Shown piece after piece: positions 1-10,363 of a stretch of DNA of 64,000 nt (position 1 is its first letter; each line of letters begins with the position of its first letter). Origin of the DNA: Corallochytrium limacisporum Hawaii (lineage: Eukaryota; Protista; Pluriformea); NCBI GenBank assembly GCA_002811645.1, contig PDIP01000054.1, positions 59,794-123,793 of the forward strand. The letters are read 5' to 3'. A program made the translations under genes and the position numbers. Below the pieces are notes generated by a model that was given only the letters and a program-made list of their open reading frames with translations, had not been told where the DNA came from and did not search any database.

Positions 1-626
1 TCTTCCCCCCCCCCCAATTCCCCGGGGAGTCCCTGCCTTGTTTTCTTGTTTTTTTTTTCCCTTTTCCTCCCCCTCCCACTTTTCTTTCTTTTTTTTTATT
101 TGTGTTTTGTCGTCTATCTCTTTCTCTCCTTTCTGTATTTTTTTTTTGTCGGAAACGGTGTAGGATGGTGAGTACCAACGTAGTAGTCGGGAGAGTTAGA
201 AGGGAAAGGGGGGAAGACCGCCCCCCGGGGGGAGGGGGGCAAAGTGGTGGTGGTAGGGATGGCGAGGTGGGTTTTTATGGCACTCGCTGGTGGGCCCCTG
301 ACGCTCTGGATAGCTTAATGGAATCCACCGAACAGGAGCGCGAGTGAAAACAGAAGCAATTGGCAGTCTGTGCGGCGAAGACCTGTTGGGTTGTGCCTGT
401 GGGTTTGTGTGCTGTATTGCTAGATGTGTGCCTGTTCAGAACTCCCACAGCGTCTGATAAGGCAAGGATCCGCCACAAGAGATTGAGCCACCGACCACAC
501 TGCGAAGGTATGAGAGACAGTGAACGGCAAGGGCGATGCATACATGACCGTGTATTGTGTGAGCATATCTCAAAAACGACTATCGATCAGCAACAAGTAA
601 AAGTAAAGTTAAAAAGCAAAACAATC

Positions 627-1433
627 ATGAGCCTCTATCCCAGTTTGGATGACATCGGTGGCCCCCAGGCACCTCTGAGGCCTCCGGCAGTGATGAATCA
701 TCCGGCCACTCGCCACAGTGCCCCAAATGTCGGTGACAACCCTTACGCTGCTGCTCAACAGGAGCTGCAGTTGTTCATGGGTATGCAGGTCACTCCCGAG
801 GTCAAGCAGGAACTTGAGACGTACATGCCTCGTACCGTCGAAGAGCGCCGTGCCTTCATTAAGCAGGGAGTTCGGGAACTGCGCCTGTGCAAGGGTCAGG
901 ACAACAAGATCGGTGTGGCTCTGAAGGCCATTGACAAGGGTGTCTTTGTATCCACAGTCGTGGCGGACACTCCGGCCGCAGTTGCCGGCCTTCGTTTCGG
1001 TGATCAGTTGCTGCGCGTCGGTGAGGAGGACGTGGCTGGCTACAGCAGCAGCAAGTGCATGAAGCTTTTGAAGAAGATGCCCCCGGGTGGCTTCAAGGTA
1101 TATGTCCGGGATCGCCCCTTCGAGCGCACAATTACTCTGAACAAGGACAAGAGCGGTCATCTCGGTATCCTGTTGTCCGGTGGCAAGGTCAAGGCTATCG
1201 GTAAGGACACTAGTGCTGCCCGCAACGGTATGATTATTAACACACAGGTTCTGGAGATCAACGGCCAGAACATTGTCGCTTTGAAGGACAAGGAGGTCAG
1301 CAAGATCATCGAAAACGCCGGCCCACGCGTCACTCTGACCATCATTCCCTACTCCATCTACAAGCACATGATCAGCAACCTCGGTGAGAAGGCCATTGCC
1401 AAGGTCCAGGACCACTCCATTCCCTGGTTCTAA
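627..1433 (+). CDS. SDCBP: Syntenin (tandem-PDZ scaffold) homolog
   Basis: In-frame ATG at 627 gives MSLYPSLDD, matching the syntenin N-terminus MSLYPSLED. Two PDZ domains follow (KIGVALK...AGLRFGDQLL; DRPFERTITLNKDKSGHLG...SAARNG). The C-terminus DHSIPWF resembles syntenin DHTIPEV. Confidence 0.93.
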   Translation: MSLYPSLDDIGGPQAPLRPPAVMNHPATRHSAPNVGDNPYAAAQQELQLFMGMQVTPEVKQELETYMPRTVEERRAFIKQGVRELRLCKGQDNKIGVALKAIDKGVFVSTVVADTPAAVAGLRFGDQLLRVGEEDVAGYSSSKCMKLLKKMPPGGFKVYVRDRPFERTITLNKDKSGHLGILLSGGKVKAIGKDTSAARNGMIINTQVLEINGQNIVALKDKEVSKIIENAGPRVTLTIIPYSIYKHMISNLGEKAIAKVQDHSIPWF

Positions 1434-1624
1434 GCGTTAAATTTCATATCCTTGTTTGTACCATTATAGAATACATTCTCTATCAAAGCATAATTCAATT
1501 TCATTACTAAATACTGCTCAATGTAAAGATCTCTTGCGGACGTTGGAGGCTGTTTAATGGGTTGTACTTACGTAATGTCAGTATGTATGTATATATATGT
1601 GAGTCATGACCGTGAATTGACAAT

Positions 1625-2404
1625 TCACATCAGATGCTCACCGGTACCGATGGTCCGTATGGACCCGATGTCCTCTTCTTCGGCCGCAACAGAGTCCTCA
1701 TCAATTGTCAACGAGAGAGGTTTGCCTGGTGCACACCGGGTGTCATTCGGATCAATACACAGACGAATGGAGGTCATGACCTGGCCGGTTGCTTCATCCA
1801 CAATATTCATCCAGAAGTCTGTGCCGAGAATGGTCTTGACATTCAAGTACATCCAAGTCCACCGGCTCACTTTTACGGTCACCTCGTGCAAATTGAGGTT
1901 AACGCAAATGTGTTTGTTGCCAAGAGGCGTGTGAATCCGTTGGTCTTTGAAGTTCATGTGAAGGTGGTAGGTCTCGCCCCCCTTCAGGGTCCTGGGTGCA
2001 CCCGGCCCGGCCAGATCCGGCACGCTGAAGTCCATGACCGCGTCGGCTCCCAGCAAACCAAATTTCTTGGTCTCCCATTGTTTCTTATTCGTATCAAAAG
2101 TCTGAATCTTTACCCTAGGCGTAAACTCTCGAACGCCTTCCTTTACATTCAAGGTGAACACTGCAGCTAGTTGCTGGTCTCCACAGTGCTTCTTGCTTGA
2201 CCCGGCCGAGAAGTCGACAAGGTCGACGTCACCCAATGGCACAGTCAGATCCTCTCCACCACGGGGAAGCGAGTGCGTTGAGTCCAGCAACAGTTTTTTA
2301 CTCACCCCATCACTGCAATCTGCTTCATAGGTTGCAAAATAATCTGCAGCCACGAAATTCGACGACGCGATCAGCAGGGCAGTTATTGCAGACACAAGTC
2401 GCAT
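1625..2404 (-). CDS. Secreted protein of unknown function (signal peptide, beta-rich)
   Basis: ATG at 2404 gives the signal peptide MRLVSAITALLIASSNFVAA. The 259-codon ORF has coding-like composition and is convergent with syntenin. Confidence 0.7.
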   Translation of the reverse strand: MRLVSAITALLIASSNFVAADYFATYEADCSDGVSKKLLLDSTHSLPRGGEDLTVPLGDVDLVDFSAGSSKKHCGDQQLAAVFTLNVKEGVREFTPRVKIQTFDTNKKQWETKKFGLLGADAVMDFSVPDLAGPGAPRTLKGGETYHLHMNFKDQRIHTPLGNKHICVNLNLHEVTVKVSRWTWMYLNVKTILGTDFWMNIVDEATGQVMTSIRLCIDPNDTRCAPGKPLSLTIDEDSVAAEEEDIGSIRTIGTGEHLM

Positions 2405-3395
2405 GGTTACTGTATATCTCAAGTCCGGCTGCGAATGCTAGCGATTAGTGTCAAAAGAAATCCATCCAAATGATTAATTCAGACCACAACAGTATAAATA
2501 CCACACACAATAGCCACATACACCAACCGTCGCGGGTGGCTGTTGCGATGTAGGGACGTACCCATGGCTGTTCGGGCTATCCGGGCCTCCTTCGAACGTT
2601 GCCCCCGGGCGCAGAAGGGAGCGAGATGGGTCAGGGGGGGGAGGGAGGAGGAGGAGGGCGCACAAACTCCGTTCTCCTTTTTCCACGAGATCCCTATATA
2701 ACGGATACCCTAATATAACAATGTTAGATGAATTAAACCACCGAATCCTCATCGTCCGTCGCCACTCCCCCTTTCCCAATCCCCCCCCCCTCCCATTCAG
2801 TCCCGGTAGGGAAGGGGGGGTTCCCTTTCCCGCTGCTCTGCCTTCCCGCAGGTATTATTTCACAGTCCACGCTGAGCAGGAATTCTCCATAGCGAATCTA
2901 TGGAAAAAGGGCGGAGGACGCAACCCCTTTTTTGGCAGCAGTAAAGCGATCGTAACTTGGTCGCGGTCATTCAATAGCAAATGTACTGCTAAGTGAGAAC
3001 GATAAGATCCGAACGAGTTCGAGAGCGGTGTCTCTGCTTCTTTTCCTTCTCTCTCTCCTGTCGCTACGGAGTCTCACCCCGCAGAAAAGGAGAGCGCTGT
3101 AGGCGATTTAGGCAGGCGTTTTCGCGGTGAGTTTTAAATATGAAGTGACGTCCATTTCCTGTTACCAGTAGCTGAATGGCTATTTCCATGGTCAATCTGA
3201 CATCCTAAAGAACTTGGACAAGGATTACACTATTTATTACAAATCTGAAACACTAAAAGTTCATCACTGAGTTGACAAACACGCGGAAGTACTCGAGATT
3301 TGTATATCAGTTTATCTCATAGTCACATTTGTGTCTTCTGAACAGCAGTGGTAAACGGAGAGGCAGTCCAGCGACAATTCAGGAAAACTGTCAAG

Positions 3396-4940
3396 ATGGC
3401 GAACGCAAGCCATGGTACATTGCATGACTTGAAGCAGAGGCAGGGTGGCTCGGGTGGTTCGGGGCAGGGCGAGATCTCGGAACTCACCAAGATGAAATCC
3501 GAGACAGCCAAACAGTATTTCGAGCAACACTTCAAGGGCGTGATCCTGCAGCGAAGTGAAATGGAACTGCGCAAACAGGAGCTGAATCGTAAGATGCAGG
3601 CCTCGGACCTGACGGAAGACGAAAGAGCAGAACTGCGCAACATTTTGCAGGAAAGGGAGACCAACGCCCTGCGCGCGCGCAGGGCACGGAATCTGGGCAA
3701 GGACTCTTACAAGCAGGTGAAGGTGATTGGTAAGGGTGGATTTGGTGAAGTGCGTCTGGTCAAGGACAAGAATTCAAAAGAACACTACGCTATGAAGATG
3801 CTCAAGAAAGCGACCATGCTGAAGCGCGGTGAGCTGAGCAATGTTAGCAGTGAACAGTCCTTATTGAGTCGTGCAGACTCTCCGTGGATTGTCAATCTAT
3901 TTGCATCTTTCCAGGATAAGGATTATCTGTATCTGGTTCTGGAGTTCTGTGTCGGTGGTGATCTGCTCAATCTCCTGATCAAGTATGACGTCTTCCCGGA
4001 GGTGGTGGCCCGCTTTTACGCCGCGGAAATCTTTTCCGGGATAGCTTACATGCACTCTATCGGGTTTGTGCATCGTGACTTGAAACCAGACAACATTTTG
4101 ATCGATAGTACGGGTCATCTTAAGGTTACTGATTTCGGCCTTGCATCAAGCTTCGGCATCAGCGCCGACAGTTCTCTCTACCGCAAGCTCAGCCAAGGCG
4201 AACTGCAGCACATCATGGACCTCATCACTCCGAGCAGCGAGCGCAAGAAGAAGGCCATGACAAAGGCCGGTGCGAAAGGAGGGGATTTTGACAAACTGAC
4301 CCAGAGCGAGAAGGTCATGACCTGGAAGCGGGCCCGGAGGGAGATGGCTTTCACCATTGTCGGCACACCGGATTACATGGCACCGGAGGTCTTCCTCGAG
4401 AAGGGCTACGGCCGGGAGGCTGACTTCTGGAGTTTGGGAGTGATTCTCTTTGAAATGGTTGTGGGCTATCCTCCGTTTGCGTCTATGGACGGCAGCCGGG
4501 AGCCCAGGGAGACTGCCCTTCGCATTGTCCACTGGCGCGACCATCTCAAATTCCCTCAGGATTCGAACGTTAGTGAAGAGTGCAGGTCGCTCATTGTGTC
4601 CCTTCTCACCGATTCAGACAAGCGTCTGGGTCGTCGTGATGTCATGGACATCAAGCGTCACAAGTTCTTCGCGAAGCTCAACTGGGAACGGCTGCGCGAA
4701 TATACCCCACCATTTGTGCCCAAGCTTAGCGGCCCGACCGACACCCGATACTTTGACGCCGAGGAAGACATTGTTGGCCGGGGAAGGTTCTACGACACCG
4801 CGGCCGAAGAGCAGGTGCAATGGAAGCTCGCCAATTTCACATTTAAACGCGATGTAACGCCCGCGGTGCCGAGTGTGCGGGAGGTTCGATCTGGCAGTCG
4901 CAGCAGTGTCAAGGAGGTCTTCGGTGGTGGTCCAAAGTGA
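3396..4940 (+). CDS. NDR/LATS-family AGC Ser/Thr kinase (STK38/Cbk1-like)
   Basis: MOB-binding N-terminal region (ERETNALRARR), GKGGFGEV, HRDLKPDN, DFG, the NDR-type basic insert before VGTPDYMAPE, DTRYFD and the hydrophobic motif NFTFKR. First ATG is at 3396. Confidence 0.93.
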   Translation: MANASHGTLHDLKQRQGGSGGSGQGEISELTKMKSETAKQYFEQHFKGVILQRSEMELRKQELNRKMQASDLTEDERAELRNILQERETNALRARRARNLGKDSYKQVKVIGKGGFGEVRLVKDKNSKEHYAMKMLKKATMLKRGELSNVSSEQSLLSRADSPWIVNLFASFQDKDYLYLVLEFCVGGDLLNLLIKYDVFPEVVARFYAAEIFSGIAYMHSIGFVHRDLKPDNILIDSTGHLKVTDFGLASSFGISADSSLYRKLSQGELQHIMDLITPSSERKKKAMTKAGAKGGDFDKLTQSEKVMTWKRARREMAFTIVGTPDYMAPEVFLEKGYGREADFWSLGVILFEMVVGYPPFASMDGSREPRETALRIVHWRDHLKFPQDSNVSEECRSLIVSLLTDSDKRLGRRDVMDIKRHKFFAKLNWERLREYTPPFVPKLSGPTDTRYFDAEEDIVGRGRFYDTAAEEQVQWKLANFTFKRDVTPAVPSVREVRSGSRSSVKEVFGGGPK

Positions 4941-5158
4941 AAACACGCAAATCAGAAACGATAGGAAAATATAAAACATACAATCATTTTGAAAACTTTA
5001 CTTTGATGTAGGAAAGATCTTGAAACTGACGAATGCTGTGAAAAGTTTAACATACAGGGAGAACGATCGTGTTGCCCTGTGCTTTAATGTCCAGTCGTTG
5101 GTTTGTACCTTTTGAAAGTCTTGATTCTTTGCTTTTTCTTACTTGAACGCTCTCTCTT

Positions 5159-6574
5159 TCACTTGGTGATCGCCTGCAGCAGAGCGGGAGCACCCTCACC
5201 AGAGCCGTCATGGAACCAGCAGGCGACGCCAATGATGGAGTACACACTGACCAACATGGCACCCTCCAGCCAATTGCTTTCGCCGTCGTTGAGCGTTGAC
5301 GTGACAATCAATACAGAGACCAGCATGATGGTCGTTTCGAACAATTCAAAGTTGAGAGTCATTGGCACATCGATGATCCAGCCCATTACGACGGTCAAGG
5401 GCACCACCAGCAAGGCAATCTGGATGCTGGATCCCACGGCTACACCGATACTCAGGTCCATCTTGTCCTTCACGGCCACTGTTACGGCAGTCACGTGCTC
5501 CGCTGCATTGCCCACAATAGGCAACAGAATAATACCTATGAACATCTCACTTAAGCCGTAATTTTGCTGCACGGCTTCAATCGACCCGACCAGGTACTCC
5601 GAATTGACAGCGACAAGAGCTGTGACAGCAGCCAACAGGAAGATGGTGAACCAGAGCGACAGAATTGCCTCGTCTTCCTCTTCTTCTTCATCCTCAAACA
5701 TTTCGCTGTGCGTGTGTAGCTGGAAGAAGAGGTACAATCCGTACATGAGCATCAACACAAGAGCCGTGAAGTGGCTGACACCCTCGAGCTTTTTCTCCTC
5801 GTCCTGGCCAGCAACCGTCTGCGAAAAGGCAGTGGGTAGGATTAGTCCCACACTGCTCAGTGTCAGCAAGGAAGAGAAGGTGACTGCACCGCGCGCATTG
5901 AACGTCTGCCGGGGGAAGTAGATGCCGCCGAAAAGGAAGCTCATACCCATGACCAGCAACAAATTGCTCAGAATCGAACCCAACAAGGAGCCTTGCACCA
6001 CGCGCACCAATTTCGGGCCCCTCAACAGTGCCGCGAAACTCACTATGATTTCTACTGCGTTGCCAAATGTCGCGTTCAGCAAACCACCAACGATCTGCCC
6101 CGTGCGGCAGGCAAGCTCTTCAGTGGCCTTTCCAAGCAACCAGGCCTCCGGTATGATTGCCAGGAAATTCAGACTGAATGTGAGACCCGGACCCCAATTC
6201 AATGCACCACTGAGAATACCCAAGGGGGCAAAGATCAACAGAAGATTCACGTAGTTACTTTTCAGGATCCACCAAAAGCTGGACAGGTCATTCATTTTGT
6301 ACGGCAAAATATGCACCGAAGTGTAGTGTGAGGCACGCCGGGCTCCCAGGAACGGTGAGCTCTCGTTCGGGGGCAGTTGAGGAGACTCGCCTCCGCGCCG
6401 GATTGTAATGTCGTGCATGTCGGGAGGACTCAGCCGATTCACAGGACCATTACTGTGCTCTCCGGCTGCATCCTGGAGGTTTTCATGGCTCTGGGCGATG
6501 TGGTTCAGGTACTCCTTACTCAGGGCCTTCCGGAGGAACTGAGATGCACCGCGCTTAGGGCCCAAACCAGACAT
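5159..6574 (-). CDS. Ca2+/H+ exchanger, CAX/VCX1 type
   Basis: Alpha-repeats GGLLNATFGNAVE and LPIVGNAAEH, GSLLGSILSNLL, the acidic loop EDEEEEEDE, GESNWLEG and many TM segments. Confidence 0.95.
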   Translation of the reverse strand: MSGLGPKRGASQFLRKALSKEYLNHIAQSHENLQDAAGEHSNGPVNRLSPPDMHDITIRRGGESPQLPPNESSPFLGARRASHYTSVHILPYKMNDLSSFWWILKSNYVNLLLIFAPLGILSGALNWGPGLTFSLNFLAIIPEAWLLGKATEELACRTGQIVGGLLNATFGNAVEIIVSFAALLRGPKLVRVVQGSLLGSILSNLLLVMGMSFLFGGIYFPRQTFNARGAVTFSSLLTLSSVGLILPTAFSQTVAGQDEEKKLEGVSHFTALVLMLMYGLYLFFQLHTHSEMFEDEEEEEDEAILSLWFTIFLLAAVTALVAVNSEYLVGSIEAVQQNYGLSEMFIGIILLPIVGNAAEHVTAVTVAVKDKMDLSIGVAVGSSIQIALLVVPLTVVMGWIIDVPMTLNFELFETTIMLVSVLIVTSTLNDGESNWLEGAMLVSVYSIIGVACWFHDGSGEGAPALLQAITK

Positions 6575-6933
6575 TTTTGTTCACCCTAGTGTGGAATACG
6601 TTCGTATCTGTATGGATGATCCAGTCTTGTTAAACAACAATTAACGAGTTCCCCAGATAGCGTAGGTGTCTGCTTCTTTCTAGTCCATGACGAGCCCCTG
6701 TGTTAACAAGAAACCCCTAGTCCAAACGGATTCGGCAGGTTACTTGGAAGAAAGTTAACCCTTGCTTAGTAGAAGATCGCACTTACTACCATCATATCCT
6801 TGAATCAATCCAATATCTCTTGTCCAAAGTACCATTCACGTCATATAACTACCGGTCGAATGAATGGGTCTCATTCCATACGTCCTCTATTTCTTCCTTA
6901 TTCGACGGCCAGTGACCCCCCCCCCCCACCCCC

Positions 6934-7135
6934 NNNNNNNNNNNNNNNNNNNNNNNNNNNNNNNNNNNNNNNNNNNNNNNNNNNNNNNNNNNNNNNNNNN
7001 NNNNNNNNNNNNNNNNNNNNNNNNNNNNNNNNNNNNNNNNNNNNNNNNNNNNNNNNNNNNNNNNNNNNNNNNNNNNNNNNNNNNNNNNNNNNNNNNNNNN
7101 NNNNNNNNNNNNNNNNNNNNNNNNNNNNNNNNNNN
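6934..7135. other. Assembly gap
   Basis: N run flanked by poly-C and cccgggg. Confidence 1.
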
Positions 7136-7237
7136 CCCGGGGCACCCCCTCGTCCCGTCCGTCCGTGCCCGGTAACAAGAGCCCCACCCCCCCCTTTCTC
7201 TCCTCACTCTTCGTAGAGAGAGAACGCAAAGGCCAGG

Positions 7238-7242
<5 letters not shown>

Positions 7243-7284
<42 letters not shown>

Positions 7285-7298
7285 CACACACACACACA
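7243..7298. repeat. (GA)n followed by (CA)n microsatellite
   Basis: Read directly from the sequence. Confidence 0.95.
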
Positions 7299-7980
7299 CC
7301 CACACACCCACACAAGAGTCTGTCACCTCCGAACAGGCCAGGCAGCGCTGCGAGCAGGGCAAATGAAAAAGATTAGCAGCGGGCCCAAGACAACCGTCAC
7401 AGAACGAGAGAGACCGAGAGACCGAGCGAGAGTGAGAGAGAGTGTGACAAGACAAGGGAGCGGGTAGCGGGAGAAGTGGTCAGAACGCGGACACCCCGGG
7501 CCGGTCGTCAAACACCGAGAGAGAGAGAGAGAGAGAGGAAGGGAGGGGGGGAGAGAAGGGTGAGTAAGTATAAATACCAGAACGAAGAATAAGAAGGCGA
7601 CACGGAACGAATCCAAAAATTAACACAGAAGAAAAGAACTCAGACAAGCGGCACCGTTGAGGAGGAGGAGGAACGGAGAACCCCTCCCTCCCTCTTCGCG
7701 TGCGTGGGTGTGTGTGTGTGTGGCCCTGTAGCTACGTAAGCTTCTATTCTGGGGTTCCCTTGTTATTTGGTTCTCTACTTTTACTTCTTCTCTATTTTTT
7801 TCTCTTTTGGTTTCCCGGGGCCTGGTGGTAAAGGGGAAAAAAAGGAAGGGTGTGTGTGTGTGTGTGTTTTGTTTGTTGACGGCGACCGAGTATATTTTGT
7901 TCCGTTGGGGCGCGCATAGCTTTCCTAGTATCGGTCCGAAGATCACCAGCCAAAAAACTATAATCTCCCCCCCTCCCTTC

Positions 7981-8065
7981 NNNNNNNNNNNNNNNNNNNN
8001 NNNNNNNNNNNNNNNNNNNNNNNNNNNNNNNNNNNNNNNNNNNNNNNNNNNNNNNNNNNNNNNNN
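7981..8065. other. Assembly gap
   Basis: N run followed by poly-C. Confidence 1.
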
Positions 8066-9790
8066 CCCCCCCCCCCTAGGGTCGCGCCCAGTGCCGTATC
8101 TACCGAATTCAAGACTTTTCTTCGCAAGCAAACCGATGTAAAAGGGAAAAGTCTCCCGGTGCAAAGTATATTTTTTTCCCTTTCGGCCCAAAAAAAATAA
8201 CGCCGCTCTCACTCCCACTGTGGTCCCTGCGTTTTTTCCCTCTTTTTCTTTTTTTAATATTTGTGTCTGACTCCTGCCTTTTTGTTTCTCTAATTTTTTT
8301 CTCCCCTCCTCTCAGAAAAACTCTCTCACAGATCCGGGGGCTCCCTCCATTTTTACGTTGCTCACCCCCGCCGGGTTTCCAACTCTTGCCCAAGGAACGC
8401 GGACCCGGTACTGAACGTACCGTACTCTCTCCCTCTCGTCCTCCCCCCCCCAATCGCTGGAATAGAGAATTTTTTTCTTGTTCGATCCGAACGGGCCGTG
8501 GGGGCCGGACGGGTTCTTTGCGGGTGATGGTGGTGGTGGTAGTAGCCTGAACCTGTGTGTTAACTGGCCAGAATGCGCGGATCGCACAACGGTGAAACTC
8601 CCGAGGACTCTTGGCAAAGCGGTGGTGGGCTCGGCCCGTTTGTGTTTGTCCCTTCGGGGTTTCTCAGGGGTGTTGTGCTCCACCACTAACATTGGTGGTA
8701 AGACATGGGCCACATGCTGCCAGCAGCGCGGTATGGAAAATTTTCACCACACCGAACCCGTCACGTTCTTGGTAGCGCCATGTCGATATCTACAGTACGG
8801 GGCAAGCAATTTGGAGTTCGGACTGGTTACTGAATTGCGCTTGCACACCGCGATCAGTATCGAGGGGTGCCCTGCGCTGATGAAGGTGAAGAATCTATTT
8901 CTAAATGGGATTAAGTGATGAATTGAACGATGGAGGAACCGATGAATATGAGCGATTGTCTTCCATGTATATCTCTATCAATACTTCGTCGGTCGCATGC
9001 ACGGTGTGGTTGATGCCGACGTGCTGGCTCATACGGACAGGACATTGGGGAAGACAAAGACGTAAGACCAAAAGGTTACAGCGAGGCGGGGCGTGTGCCT
9101 CTGCACGATGACGATTGTTGACTTGCGTACGTAAGTTCTCCGCTTTTTGCGACATACCCGTGCGTACAGATGATGTGCACACATATCACAGCATTTACCC
9201 ACATGCGTGCGTGTGAGACACGCAGACAAGAGCACGATGGACGTAGACCCTTTTGTTGTATCGGACCATGGGGGCCTTAGGGCCTCGGGTGACGACGGTG
9301 GTGACGCATCGCTTAAAACTTAAAACGAGGTGGGGGCGACGACTGCGTAACGCCTAACCCCCCCCCCTCCTTTACCCATTTTCTTTATTGGCGGGGCAGG
9401 GGAAGGAGAAAAGCGTAATGGTAAGAAACAAAAGGAGGTAAAAAAAAACAACCAACAAAGAAACAGAGAAAAAAAAACTTGCCTCGGCGTGTATATGCAG
9501 CGGCGGTCCCGGAGAGGGTGACGGTTCGCTTGGTGGGGGGGATTGCCTAGGTTTCAAAAAAAAAAGAAAAGAGAAAGAAAAGTTTAAACCACCAACGTTG
9601 GTGAAAAGAAGTTCCTTCTTTTACTTTTTTTTTAGTTCTTAAGGCCTGCCTTGGCGCTCTATAATTTTGGACCTTCGTTGTCCTTTCACTTTTATCTTTA
9701 AGAAAATTTTCTAAAAGTTTCGGGGTTGGTTTGGGCACGCTGGTCCTACCCGGCACAGCAACGCCCTCCGCGCACAGACACACAGACGGC

Positions 9791-9822
<32 letters not shown>

Positions 9823-10363
9823 CCGACGGGGAGGTTACAGAGGGAGAGAGAGACAGAGAGCAAAATACAAACGGCAAAACAAGGAGGCGGCGGGCCGGGA
9901 AGAGGAGCGGGGAGGGGGGGGGTGCTGCGGTTTTCACCGCCTAATGAAACTATGGCAGCAGCAGGCGAATACCGAACTCGAACATTGCGCGGCCGCGAGG
10001 GGAGGTCGGGGAGGTGGAGCCAGAGAGCAGCGTGAGCCGTGCTGGCTCGGCAGTGGGCCGGGCGTAACGCGGCGTTTTTGAACGGTATATGGCCCCTCTC
10101 CTTAATGGCATGCTTGGATGGTTGTGTCTTTAGTGTGTGGAGTTGATCACTGGCATCGCCAGCGCCATGATGCTTGTAATAAGGGAAATGATGATATGTG
10201 TTCAAAGGATGTGATGGAGGAAGTCAAAGGTGTAGCCTGTGATGCGGCCGTTGACAACGATGGATCAATGGCACCGCCCTGCGGTTCATGTTGCTCCTGC
10301 TGTTCCTGCTGCAGACGATGATCCTCCCCATCTTCCTCAAAGTGTGTACTCGCCGGTGCGCCT

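Noticed and set aside
360-626. N-terminal extension of the syntenin ORF
   Set aside because: It starts at TTG, and homology begins exactly at ATG 627.
609-1415. Long antisense ORF (also 14866-15375, 20799-21527, 29833-30396, 37657-38334)
   Set aside because: Shadow frames of GC3-rich genuine genes.
6800-8460. ORFs spanning N gaps and microsatellites (also at 13.0-13.5 kb and 27.2-28.8 kb)
   Set aside because: They are open only because of Ns or low complexity and show no domain signal.
8140-9280. RNase MRP/P RNA (GAAAAGTCTCCCGG ... GGGGCCTTA)
   Set aside because: The motifs match imperfectly, lie more than 1 kb apart and do not form P4 convincingly.
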